A stretch of 64,000 nucleotides of DNA, from NCBI GenBank assembly GCA_965285935.1, contig OZ260665.1, forward strand, positions 58,838,001-58,902,000, read 5' to 3'. The position numbers and the translations under genes were made by a program. The stretch is from Ophelia neglecta (lineage: Eukaryota). Below the pieces are notes generated by a model. It searched no databases. It saw only the letters and a list, made by a program, of their open reading frames with translations, and was not told the origin of the DNA. This document shows positions 26,201-39,027 of this stretch, in pieces. Position 1 is the first letter of the stretch, and each line of letters opens with the position of its first letter.

Positions 26201-28850
26201 AAACATGCGAAAAGGAAAGTATCCTAAAATTGGTATGCAATGATTTAAATTGTGTACCTAAGGATTTTAGACTGGGCACCTTAATGCTAGGGGTCAGTGT
26301 TATTATGTAGACAGGTAACGCCATAGGACAAACAACAATCTCCAAAGGACAAACTTCAATTTGTGTGGCGAGGGTAATTATCACTGTCTGCATTGACTGA
26401 TATATCCGAAGGTAGCTTTCTCTAAAAAGAGATCGTAAGTATATCGATACTGAGCATAGTTCTATGCTGTTGTAATGAATGTTACTGGAATTTTGAAATG
26501 CCAAATACTATATGGTGTAGGTATTTCTTAAGGATTTCGTCAGTCACGACATACTAATAATTAAATTCGAGTATTTGTTAACAGAGAAGCGGCTTGGTTT
26601 TTCTTTATAAAGGGGTTTTAACGATTTAAATGTTTAAAAGATATGATTCCGACACGTTTTATAGCTCACTACATTTTGTCTTTATTTAAAAGGCATGATG
26701 CTGATGGCAAACTTAGCAATTTCCTTGATGAAATATCCAGGACCCGTAAACGTATTTTTATCTATTAGACAAATATATATTTATATACATATATATGAGC
26801 GAGCATACCTTTGGTCTATTGACAGGTAGCATTCCTCTCTTATCTACAGTTTTCTCTACAATACAAAGGGAGTTAAAAAGGACGTCTGTCTGGTATTCAG
26901 AACAATTTATTACCACTATGATGAAATGAACCCGCTAAGTGCTTGTTGAATCGTATATACAGAAAGAGTCAAACTTTATCATACTAAAAAAACGGTTGCT
27001 TGAATTGGTAATGTTTGCATATTTAAAAACTAAAATATTATGTCTAGTCATAGTCAAATAGGTTTAGTAAGTTAGTTTCGTCCCAAACGCAAATGATACA
27101 AGGATATCAACCGTTCCTTGATTCTAATACATACACTTTAATATGGAAATCTAAGTGGACAATGTTAAATAAACATGAATTGCGTTTCTCTTATAATGCT
27201 GAATATCTTTTTCCCTCGATGCTGTGCTTTTTTGGAAATTGGTTAAGCACATGATGCATCTGGATACTTATCGCATGCGCAGTCCAATTTATTATGGATA
27301 TTACCGCGATGGTCATGAGGTTCAAGGCTACCATGAATGTTTTTACTGACGTTGTGTTCCCCTCCTTGTTCCCTTAAAAACAATTACCAAATTAAAGAGG
27401 GCCATACTGCATTTTTTCTTCTTTCCCAGAAATTTAGCTGTGTTATATTTGCACAGTATTAACTATTATGATATTGTTCCATGTCACTTTCTCTCGATGA
27501 ATAATTGTGGTGCCGAAGATACTTGCGTGTTTTTATGACATTTAAGCATTGACATTAAAAGAGTAAATTTTCAATACTCTACCCATATTTACTGATAAAG
27601 AAGAAAAAACTTCACAAAGTTTTGTATCCAGGGACGTTACGCATCTAGCGCTTCTCACACTTGTAGTAATCAGAATATACACAGTCACAGTAAAAAGGCC
27701 AATGTGACCTTAAAATGCATTATATTTAACGTTTGGTCAGTCACATGTTTAATTTATGGCATAGTAACATACTGTTTACAAATGTGTCAAGAGGGAACAA
27801 CGTTTACCTAGGGCCTTATGTTTGCGTTCCTATCGGATTAATCAGCGTGTTGTTCAGATTGTGCGGCTAAATCATCAGGATTTACCGTCAGACTTCTAGC
27901 TATCAGTAGCCAAAATGTCTACTTATCTTGATCGCAATCTCCCCCTATAGAGGTTTACTATCGTCTCTCTGGACACGAGTGTGTTTCAGCGTATCACTGA
28001 TAGGACTAGAGTTTAGAAACGGTGGCGAATACTATTTTATGATGTGTATCTGATCCACCATTTAGTGCGATTGTTTTTGTGAAAAAACACGAGTTTGAAA
28101 GCTCTTATAAACAACATGATTGTGTGTGCCATTTGAATGTATGGTTTACTTAGGAATCCCCTGGTGCATTGTCGATAGTAGATAGTAAGTGAATTAAGTT
28201 GTGTATTTCAATTTCTCTCACACTTACGGCGTTCTTTTACGGAAATGGATGTGTCGGACCAGGCTATCTGATATCCTGTAGTAAGTAGTCGAATACTTAG
28301 TCTAATTGACCAGCAGACGGTGTCATCCTTTTTGAGCACATACTATGACCCAAAACGTCTTTGGAAGATCACATGTGCTGATATGATTGAATCGTAAAAA
28401 AACAGGTTTAACGATGTCCCCATGACATGACGTTAGATTTTACACGACTATTTGACTATAATATATAGCAGAAAAAAATATGGCCAAGCTTTGGAGCCTT
28501 ATATATTAGGCCATTACAAATTATGGAGAACATCGAAACCCTATCAACGAAACAAAAGTCAATACGTTGTTTAAATAATGAAAAAATTGTTACTCTTATC
28601 ATGATGCGCTGATATTGGTTTTCCCGCTTTTAAGTATTCAATATTGAAATATTTGCTAAAGAATCATTTCACGGGCTGAGAAAAGACTCGGGGAACTTCG
28701 GGTAACGAAAATATTCATGTATGGATATTATTGTCACCGTCGAAATAGCGTTGTCTGCATCTATATAATTTTCGGGGGATTTAGTTTTGCTGATGAGTCT
28801 TTCGCTCCCAAATATAGGTCAGATCAGGGGTTTTAATGATACTCAGAGGA

Positions 28851-29415
28851 TATAAAGAGGAGGCGTAGCTGAGAATTTTAGCTCTCTGATTGACCACAAA
28901 AATGATTTTCTAGCTTGCTTAGCAAACGACAACCGCCATACCAAGACACCAGGAATGGGTATGGCTGTATGCCAAGCGATATCAAAGCATCACGTGGTCT
29001 ATTTTGGAAGTTGCCTCTATGGACTAAAGCAATTGCCGCCATTGTTTGATCAATTTGCGACACAAACTAACATTTACACTGCTTGTTTGCGTTGTAGAAT
29101 GGGATTGGTCTGATTCCTGGCCCCAGGCAAAAGGCGGGAACATGACAAAACTCGATCTGCAAATGTTTTCTGGCTGCATGCGCATCACTTAGTATGATTT
29201 CCAGGAGAGGCCCTGTTGTATTATTTTCTCCACCAAACGCCAATTCTATTAAGGTAACAGGCGATATGTCGTAGTAGTCGACTAACAAGGGGTTTCCTTA
29301 CCGCTCTCACATGGCAATCGAATATTCATTTGCAATACTGACTCAAAGTGTCAAAAAGCTGGCCACATGTCTTGCAGTATACTTTATTCCTAAGTTTTGT
29401 TTTCGTCTGTTTCAG
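28851..29415 (+). promoter_or_regulatory. Putative TATA box, non-coding first exon and 5'UTR intron of GT31 copy B (duplicated at +7982)
   Basis: TATAAA at 28851; block 28985-29105 with a CACGTG E-box is conserved with 8385-8500; donor AAG|gtaaca at 29253; pyrimidine tract plus cag acceptor at 29415. No transcript evidence. Confidence 0.45.
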
Positions 29416-29800
29416 ATTGCAGAAAATGGTAATTTGAAGTAGATGCCACCTTTTCTTTAACTTGATGCCCTAAAGTGCACTGGCTCTTTGGAAATATGCT
29501 AAATAGATATCCGCAAAATCGATGGAAATGTTGTGCCGATGGAAACCAAGGATGATGGTTTGCTAGAGGACGAGAATCACAGTGATTCTTTGATATGAGA
29601 ACGTTCTGGTCAAGTCCTTGGACAGAGGATTGTAAACCTCTTCACAACAGGCGTCATCGCAATAACTACCAAGGATTATACTGAATAATTCGGTGTAGTT
29701 ATTTGTAAAGGAGTATGATGCCATGCGGAAGACTTCTCTTACTTATCGGATTGCACCTATTCTAATGGTATGATTTTGGTGCTACCTGGACGAAAGAAAG

Positions 29801-31045
29801 ATGATCAGCGGGATGGCTATAGCAAAGTCTGTCGTAGTAATTTGTTGTTCGTGCCAAATGATCCTCATTTTGATTTTCCAGTTTCTTAAATCGGACAAGG
29901 AAGTGGAATATGGGATTTGGAAATCGGAATATAATTTTAAAAGAATGCGTCAGCGCTTTTCTTCTCAATTACACCGGGATGCTACAAACCACTCGATTAA
30001 ATTGGAAGTAGGTGACACTGAGTGGAAACTAGCTAATAACTTTAACAGCAAACCCTCGATTGCGGAACATAATTATGCCAATGATATTGACCAAAAACCC
30101 GTATTCATCGGGAGATTAAATAATCAGATACTGCGATCAAAAGCAAAGCATCATCCTTCAGAACTTACGAAAGACTACCATCACACTCTATCAAATTTTG
30201 AATACCTCTTGAATGAACCTCATATGTGTCGAGATGAGGAAGACAAACCCCCTTATCTGCTTGTTCAGGTTCATTCTCACTTTACCCATAAACCTCAGCG
30301 AGACGCCATCCGGGATACTTGGGGCCGGATAGCACGTGACTTCGACAGAGACAAACAGGTTCGTGTAATGTTCCTGGTTGGCAGAGATGATTGGCAGTAC
30401 TTGACAGACAAACTTACTCATGAGAGTAAGCTCTACCGGGATATCGTCGTGGTAGACTTTATGGACACATACCGTAATCTAACCTTAAAGTCCCTGGCCG
30501 GACTACATTGGACAACAATGTATTGTTCTAACACCGCTTTCCTATTGAAAGCTGATGATGATATGTACTTAAACGTGTCAGAAATCCTGTCGCTATTAGA
30601 TCGTGTTCATTTTGGTAATAATATTTTCGGTGCTCTAAATGAGAACTCGTCTGTCGTGAGAAAGGGTCTGTGGGCTGTAGATGAAACAATATATCCGGAG
30701 GAATTCTATCCACCATATTGTGCTGGAAATGCTTACGCAATGAACATTGGTACCGCTTTCAATCTCTTGGCTGCGGCGCCCAAAACCCGGATGTTGCCCA
30801 TAGAGGATGTTTACGTCACAGGAATATTAGCTAAGGTCACCGGAAGGACTTGTCAAGGTCACCCTAGTTTTCCTCATTGGTACGTGGGTCCTAGTCCCAA
30901 ACACGTTTGTTCCCTTTTGGCTAACAAACTGTGTGGAATACATAATGTTCAGTACGAACAAATGTATAAGATATTTAAAAAAGTGCAATATTACCGGACC
31001 TGCGATGTATTAAACGAAAAACATGTCATGTATGGAAACAGATGA
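29801..31045 (+). CDS. GT31 family beta-1,3-galactosyltransferase-like protein, copy B (414 aa)
   Basis: Same motifs (RDAIRDTWG, DTYRNLTLKS, KADDDM, YPPYCAG, EDVYVTG) and N-terminal TM segment. Acceptor tttcag at 29415; AATAAA at 31145 in a context homologous to copy A. Confidence 0.93.
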   Translation: MISGMAIAKSVVVICCSCQMILILIFQFLKSDKEVEYGIWKSEYNFKRMRQRFSSQLHRDATNHSIKLEVGDTEWKLANNFNSKPSIAEHNYANDIDQKPVFIGRLNNQILRSKAKHHPSELTKDYHHTLSNFEYLLNEPHMCRDEEDKPPYLLVQVHSHFTHKPQRDAIRDTWGRIARDFDRDKQVRVMFLVGRDDWQYLTDKLTHESKLYRDIVVVDFMDTYRNLTLKSLAGLHWTTMYCSNTAFLLKADDDMYLNVSEILSLLDRVHFGNNIFGALNENSSVVRKGLWAVDETIYPEEFYPPYCAGNAYAMNIGTAFNLLAAAPKTRMLPIEDVYVTGILAKVTGRTCQGHPSFPHWYVGPSPKHVCSLLANKLCGIHNVQYEQMYKIFKKVQYYRTCDVLNEKHVMYGNR

Positions 31046-31144
31046 AATTCGTTTAAACTATAATATGTGACAATTGCCTGCTTTACGCTGTGATAGTTTT
31101 TAATTACATTTTTTATATTCTATCTGGCGCAAATATTTCACTGA

Positions 31145-31150
31145 AATAAA
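31145..31150 (+). terminator. Polyadenylation signal of GT31 copy B (copy C at 39127-39132)
   Basis: AATAAA about 100 nt after the stop, in the same atatttcac..aaataaatt context as copy A. Confidence 0.55.
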
Positions 31151-34100
31151 TTTATTATGTTCTCAGGCTTTTTCATAAATTCTTTGAGTTGTGTGCTTTC
31201 TTGGCCTGGGTGACACGGATACAGATATGTGAGGATCCGTTAGTCCTTTTTGGGTTATACGTGCCGGATGTAGGCTTAAGAACTTTATATCGAGATTTTT
31301 TAACAACTATTATAACCACATTATATTTATGAGTATACATGATACGAAGCGCTTTCAAGAAATGCATAATGATAAAAATGGCAAAATAGGGTATGAAGAA
31401 GAAAAATTGCTGAGACAAGCATTTTCATCGCCGGTAATGTCTTATTTGATAAATGATCTCACGGTTGACACTCGCTTAATATACACATCTACTATTAAGA
31501 TACCATGACCAAAGTAGTATTAAACTCCCACGGTGAATTTATGTACAGTTGAACTGCTTGGCATAGATTTAAGTGTTTTTCTTAAACTTAATTTGCTTGA
31601 GCATACTTTCTAATCATTGATAGGCCTATTAGGCGATTGCCCAGGCCTAATTCTTCAGATCATATAAATTCACTACTCATAATTAACCCGCGCACTATCT
31701 TATTTATAACACAAGTGTGTAAGTGGGTTAATGTGCAGTTTGAATTATTACCACTCCTCCATCTCTTATGGTATGTCATGTCATTTACTACTGATTCGTC
31801 TGATTTCAACATTGATACAAATGTATGTTTTAAGTCTAATTAAATTACAAATATTGGATCCTCTATTTAAATCCGACATTAAGTACAATTGCATAATATT
31901 CATTTTCATCATGCGTGATCAATATGTGTTGGTTATGTTGATAGAAATTTAATGTTCGATTAAAGAGGATGTTCCTATATTCGTGAAAATTCGAATAGAA
32001 TATGAGAATAACTCACCGATACTTAAACCGTGTTGATATATTCATTCTTTTTATGTTAAAGCTTTGTCACTTGATATGTCGAAATGGAAACTAGATGCTA
32101 CTAAAGGCTCATATGCGTTAGCTAACTACACTAACTAAACACTTATATTGTTGCACAATACCAAATGAAATTATCAGTGCTGTTTAGCAATCGAGTTGCT
32201 TATTCCTCGATTAGTAATAACCTTTAACATTCATCTTTTACAATGGAGTTTAACTTATGGCTTTGGTGTCAAAACTCATTGTGATGAAAACCGTAAAACC
32301 GATAAAATATAATTTAAATAGGAAAATGAGTGCAACTGAGCATAAACAAGTTTGGTTATATAATAAGGGGAACTATTCTACCGTACGCGAGGTAGTATCT
32401 TTAACCCTTATCATATATATAACCTTATCATGAAACCAGATGTCAGACTAATTCCCCCCTCAATCATGGCTTAATTAGTCAGAAGACACCTTGACATTTT
32501 CATTTAGACTTGGGTATGCCATTTCATCAACAAACTATATCTACGATTAAATCAGGGGTGATCAGATTGACAAAAAGCATTAGCAGTTAAATAACATTCT
32601 TAAAGTAAATAGGTGATCCATGGACAATAAATCATAGCAATAGCAGAAAAATCTTCAGCTGGTCTTAGGTTACAATTATTTCAACTAGAGTTGCAGTCAA
32701 CAGTTTCTTTGCGCACTCCTTTTTCCAACTGACAATAGAACCATTAAAGACGGATAAAGCCGGCGGCACATTACGCTGACTTTATGACAGTAATGACGAC
32801 CCCAGTGTGTGGCCTTAAGACTTCACTGGAGCGATATACCACATAGTGCATCTTTCCCAGCCTTCGTCACTCCAATACGACTTTGGTGCAGTGCATACAG
32901 AAACATCAAGTTTTCATGACTGTTAAAAAGCACCCATCATTGTAATATTATTACATTTGTCGCCAGCAAGATATTGTCCACGGAGAATGGCTTTGGGAAA
33001 AGCCGTCAACACTACAGGGAGCATACCGTAAATAACTACCACTCGTAGCATTGCAGGTTATTGGGCAAATCTGGGGGAATGTGTTATACCTCACAAGGCA
33101 GCTTTCACGAGGAGAACACAGCGTTGAAAGATTGAATATCTTAATTGTGTATTTTAAAAAGTTAATTCCTTATCAGGATATCCTTTAAAAGTGTTTCAGT
33201 ATACTCGTATTTCATCGACTGAACGGAAGCATGGGGACAAATAAAACATACACTCTTCGTTTGAGGAAACTTTATTTCTACAGTTTCATTAGTATCTAAC
33301 TGGTAGAAATGGAAAAGACATATAATAGGAAGGATCTCCATGAAGAAACTCGTGTTATTATTCGTAAGTACTTCGGTAACTGTTTGTAGATTCTTGGGAT
33401 ATAACTTCAAATGAAATGTGGTACAGTTTGTGCCAATATCCCTTGCTCATAGGTCAGAGAAATAAAGTACTGCCGCTGCAATCAGAAGTCCTGCTGAAAC
33501 ATAAAATGACAGTCAGTTAATAAAAGGCCTGAATAAATGTTGATTATTGTTATTTAATTATGGAAACTAGATTTATCATGCGATTGTTACTTGTGTCTAA
33601 CGGTAAGTTAAATGGCGTATTGTGAAGGTGTCTATTGAGGATACCAAGAAAGTCCTCATTTCAAGTCTGCTTGTTCTGCCTTTGACAATCAAACTGAACA
33701 AGTCTTCTGTCTTTGACAATTTGTGGTTTGAAAGGCAACAAACTTCAACGGCTTTAATAAACATATTATCTCAGACCTATTGATCGATCTTCGTGTGATA
33801 GCCGGTCCTTTGAATGTATCAATACTTGTTGTGCTTTCGCTCCGAATATTAGGCCCGGATTCATGCTGTTAATTTCTCACAGATATCAATCGTTCATAGC
33901 TTTTCAATGAAGTAAGTGATACCAACATTACAGTGTGATACCGGAATTCAACAACATAGTTGAAATCCATTAGCTATGATTACAGAACAGATGAAATTCA
34001 TTTCAGGCAATCGGTGCCTTCTTACCACGAGTATCATGTGACTATAAGATTGAACGACCAAAAATGAATCGACCTGAAAGTAGGAAAATATCATGTTTGG

Positions 34101-37100
34101 TCCTCACTCAATCATTTAAGTGCACATCCATAAATGTTAGTTTGTGAACAGTAGGTTGAACGCCACGCGGTAAAATACGTGTAAACATGCGAAAAGGAAA
34201 GTATCCTAAAATTGGTATGCAATGATTTAAATTGTGTACCTAAGGATTTTAGACTGGGCACCTTAATGCTAGGGGTCAGTGTTATTATGTAGACAGGTAA
34301 CGCCATAGGACAAACAACAATCTCCAAAGGACAAACTTCAATTTGTGTGGCGAGGGTAATTATCACTGTCTGCATTGACTGATATATCCGAAGGTAGCTT
34401 TCTCTAAAAAGAGATCGTAAGTATATCGATACTGAGCATAGTTCTATGCTGTTGTAATGAATGTTACTGGAATTTTGAAATGCCAAATACTATATGGTGT
34501 AGGTATTTCTTAAGGATTTCGTCAGTCACGACATACTAATAATTAAATTCGAGTATTTGTTAACAGAGAAGCGGCTTGGTTTTTCTTTATAAAGGGGTTT
34601 TAACGATTTAAATGTTTAAAAGATATGATTCCGACACGTTTTATAGCTCACTACATTTTGTCTTTATTTAAAAGGCATGATGCTGATGGCAAACTTAGCA
34701 ATTTCCTTGATGAAATATCCAGGACCCGTAAACGTATTTTTATCTATTAGACAAATATATATTTATATACATATATATGAGCGAGCATACCTTTGGTCTA
34801 TTGACAGGTAGCATTCCTCTCTTATCTACAGTTTTCTCTACAATACAAAGGGAGTTAAAAAGGACGTCTGTCTGGTATTCAGAACAATTTATTACCACTA
34901 TGATGAAATGAACCCGCTAAGTGCTTGTTGAATCGTATATACAGAAAGAGTCAAACTTTATCATACTAAAAAAACGGTTGCTTGAATTGGTAATGTTTGC
35001 ATATTTAAAAACTAAAATATTATGTCTAGTCATAGTCAAATAGGTTTAGTAAGTTAGTTTCGTCCCAAACGCAAATGATACAAGGATATCAACCGTTCCT
35101 TGATTCTAATACATACACTTTAATATGGAAATCTAAGTGGACAATGTTAAATAAACATGAATTGCGTTTCTCTTATAATGCTGAATATCTTTTTCCCTCG
35201 ATGCTGTGCTTTTTTGGAAATTGGTTAAGCACATGATGCATCTGGATACTTATCGCATGCGCAGTCCAATTTATTATGGATATTACCGCGATGGTCATGA
35301 GGTTCAAGGCTACCATGAATGTTTTTACTGACGTTGTGTTCCCCTCCTTGTTCCCTTAAAAACAATTACCAAATTAAAGAGGGCCATACTGCATTTTTTC
35401 TTCTTTCCCAGAAATTTAGCTGTGTTATATTTGCACAGTATTAACTATTATGATATTGTTCCATGTCACTTTCTCTCGATGAATAATTGTGGTGCCGAAG
35501 ATACTTGCGTGTTTTTATGACATTTAAGCATTGACACTAAAAGAGTAAATTTTCAATACTCTACCCATATTTACTGATAAAGAAGAAAAAACTTCACAAA
35601 GTTTTGTATCCAGGGACGTTACGCATCTAGCGCTTCTCACACTTGTAGTAATCAGAATATACACAGTCACAGTAAAAAGGCCAATGTGACCTTAAAATGC
35701 ATTATATTTAACGTTTGGTCAGTCACATGTTTAATTTATGGCATAGTAACATACTGTTTACAAATGTGTCAAGAGGGAACAACGTTTACCTAGGGCCTTA
35801 TGTTTGCGTTCCTATCGGATTAATCAGCGTGTTGTTCAGATTGTGCGGCTAAATCATCAGGATTTACCGTCAGACTTCTAGCTATCAGTAGCCAAAATGT
35901 CTACTTATCTTGATCGCAATCTCCCCCTATAGAGGTTTACTATCGTCTCTCTGGACACGAGTGTGTTTCAGCGTATCACTGATAGGACTAGAGTTTAGAA
36001 ACGGTGGCGAATACTATTTTATGATGTGTATCTGATCCACCATTTAGTGCGATTGTTTTTGTGAAAAAACACGAGTTTGAAAGCTCTTATAAACAACATG
36101 ATTGTGTGTGCCATTTGAATGTATGGTTTACTTAGGAATCCCCTGGTGCATTGTCGATAGTAGATAGTAAGTGAATTAAGTTGTGTATTTCAATTTCTCT
36201 CACACTTACGGCGTTCTTTTACGGAAATGGATGTGTCGGACCAGGCTATCTGATATCCTGTAGTAAGTAGTCGAATACTTAGTCTAATTGACCAGCAGAC
36301 GGTGTCATCCTTTTTGAGCACATACTATGACCCAAAACGTCTTTGGAAGATCACATGTGCTGATATGATTGAATCGTAAAAAAACAGGTTTAACGATGTC
36401 CCCATGACATGACGTTAGATTTTACACGACTATTTGACTATAATATATAGCAGAAAAAAATATGGCCAAGCTTTGGAGCCTTATATATTAGGCCATTACA
36501 AATTATGGAGAACATCGAAACCCTATCAACGAAACAAAAGTCAATACGTTGTTTAAATAATGAAAAAATTGTTACTCTTATCATGATGCGCTGATATTGG
36601 TTTTCCCGCTTTTAAGTATTCAATATTGAAATATTTGCTAAAGAATCATTTCACGGGCTGAGAAAAGACTCGGGGAACTTCGGGTAACGAAAATATTCAT
36701 GTATGGATATTATTGTCACCGTCGAAATAGCGTTGTCTGCATCTATATAATTTTCGGGGGATTTAGTTTTGCTGATGAGTCTTTCGCTCCCAAATATAGG
36801 TCAGATCAGGGGTTTTAATGATACTCAGAGGATATAAAGAGGAGGCGTAGCTGAGAATTTTAGCTCTCTGATTGACCACAAAAATGATTTTCTAGCTTGC
36901 TTAGCAAACGACAACCGCCATACCAAGACACCAGGAATGGGTATGGCTGTATGCCAAGCGATATCAAAGCATCACGTGGTCTATTTTGGAAGTTGCCTCT
37001 ATGGACTAAAGCAATTGCCGCCATTGTTTGATCAATTTGCGACACAAACTAACATTTACACTGCTTGTTTGCGTTGTAGAATGGGATTGGTCTGATTCCT

Positions 37101-37782
37101 GGCCCCAGGCAAAAGGCGGGAACATGACAAAACTCGATCTGCAAATGTTTTCTGGCTGCATGCGCATCACTTAGTATGATTTCCAGGAGAGGCCCTGTTG
37201 TATTATTTTCTCCACCAAACGCCAATTCTATTAAGGTAACAGGCGATATGTCGTAGTAGTCGACTAACAAGGGGTTTCCTTACCGCTCTCACATGGCAAT
37301 CGAATATTCATTTGCAATACTGACTCAAAGTGTCAAAAAGCTGGCCACATGTCTTGCAGTATACTTTATTCCTAAGTTTTGTTTTCGTCTGTTTCAGATT
37401 GCAGAAAATGGTAATTTGAAGTAGATGCCACCTTTTCTTTAACTTGATGCCCTAAAGTGCACTGGCTCTTTGGAAATATGCTAAATAGATATCCGCAAAA
37501 TCGATGGAAATGTTGTGCCGATGGAAACCAAGGATGATGGTTTGCTAGAGGACGAGAATCACAGTGATTCTTTGATATGAGAACGTTCTGGTCAAGTCCT
37601 TGGACAGAGGATTGTAAACCTCTTCACAACAGGCGTCATCGCAATAACTACCAAGGATTATACTGAATAATTCGGTGTAGTTATTTGTAAAGGAGTATGA
37701 TGCCATGCGGAAGACTTCTCTTACTTATCGGATTGCACCTATTCTAATGGTATGATTTTGGTGCTACCTGGACGAAAGAAAG

Positions 37783-39027
37783 ATGATCAGCGGGATGGCT
37801 ATAGCAAAGTCTGTCGTAGTAATTTGTTGTTCGTGCCAAATGATCCTCATTTTGATTTTCCAGTTTCTTAAATCGGACAAGGAAGTGGAATATGGGATTT
37901 GGAAATCGGAATATAATTTTAAAAGAATGCGTCAGCGCTTTTCTTCTCAATTACACCGGGATGCTACAAACCACTCGATTAAATTGGAAGTAGGTGACAC
38001 TGAGTGGAAACTAGCTAATAACTTTAACAGCAAACCCTCGATTGCGGAACATAATTATGCCAATGATATTGACCAAAAACCCGTATTCATCGGGAGATTA
38101 AATAATCAGATACTGCGATCAAAAGCAAAGCATCATCCTTCAGAACTTACGAAAGACTACCATCACACTCTATCAAATTTTGAATACCTCTTGAATGAAC
38201 CTCATATGTGTCGAGATGAGGAAGACAAACCCCCTTATCTGCTTGTTCAGGTTCATTCTCACTTTACCCATAAACCTCAGCGAGACGCCATCCGGGATAC
38301 TTGGGGCCGGATAGCACGTGACTTCGACAGAGACAAACAGGTTCGTGTAATGTTCCTGGTTGGCAGAGATGATTGGCAGTACTTGACAGACAAACTTACT
38401 CATGAGAGTAAGCTCTACCGGGATATCGTCGTGGTAGACTTTATGGACACATACCGTAATCTAACCTTAAAGTCCCTGGCCGGACTACATTGGACAACAA
38501 TGTATTGTTCTAACACCGCTTTCCTATTGAAAGCTGATGATGATATGTACTTAAACGTGTCAGAAATCCTGTCGCTATTAGATCGTGTTCATTTTGGTAA
38601 TAATATTTTCGGTGCTCTAAATGAGAACTCGTCTGTCGTGAGAAAGGGTCTGTGGGCTGTAGATGAAACAATATATCCGGAGGAATTCTATCCACCATAT
38701 TGTGCTGGAAATGCTTACGCAATGAACATTGGTACCGCTTTCAATCTCTTGGCTGCGGCGCCCAAAACCCGGATGTTGCCCATAGAGGATGTTTACGTCA
38801 CAGGAATATTAGCTAAGGTCACCGGAAGGACTTGTCAAGGTCACCCTAGTTTTCCTCATTGGTACGTGGGTCCTAGTCCCAAACACGTTTGTTCCCTTTT
38901 GGCTAACAAACTGTGTGGAATACATAATGTTCAGTACGAACAAATGTATAAGATATTTAAAAAAGTGCAATATTACCGGACCTGCGATGTATTAAACGAA
39001 AAACATGTCATGTATGGAAACAGATGA
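37783..39027 (+). CDS. GT31 family beta-1,3-galactosyltransferase-like protein, copy C (414 aa, identical protein to copy B)
   Basis: Translation identical to 29801-31045 at offset 7982 within the tandem duplication. Confidence 0.9.
   Translation: MISGMAIAKSVVVICCSCQMILILIFQFLKSDKEVEYGIWKSEYNFKRMRQRFSSQLHRDATNHSIKLEVGDTEWKLANNFNSKPSIAEHNYANDIDQKPVFIGRLNNQILRSKAKHHPSELTKDYHHTLSNFEYLLNEPHMCRDEEDKPPYLLVQVHSHFTHKPQRDAIRDTWGRIARDFDRDKQVRVMFLVGRDDWQYLTDKLTHESKLYRDIVVVDFMDTYRNLTLKSLAGLHWTTMYCSNTAFLLKADDDMYLNVSEILSLLDRVHFGNNIFGALNENSSVVRKGLWAVDETIYPEEFYPPYCAGNAYAMNIGTAFNLLAAAPKTRMLPIEDVYVTGILAKVTGRTCQGHPSFPHWYVGPSPKHVCSLLANKLCGIHNVQYEQMYKIFKKVQYYRTCDVLNEKHVMYGNR

Noticed and set aside
26130-26504. 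124-aa minus-strand ORF (duplicated at 34112-34486) and 82-aa ORF at 25180-25428
   Set aside because: Non-ATG starts and no recognisable motifs; they recur only because of the tandem duplication.
28790-28825. CTGATGAGTC...CCCAAATATAGG resembling a hammerhead ribozyme core
   Set aside because: No GAAA box after stem II and no stem I/III pairing with an NUH cleavage site.
29596-29598. In-frame TGA in the GT31-B leader frame as possible selenocysteine
   Set aside because: It aligns to Ala, not Cys, in the paralog, and no SECIS-like element is evident.
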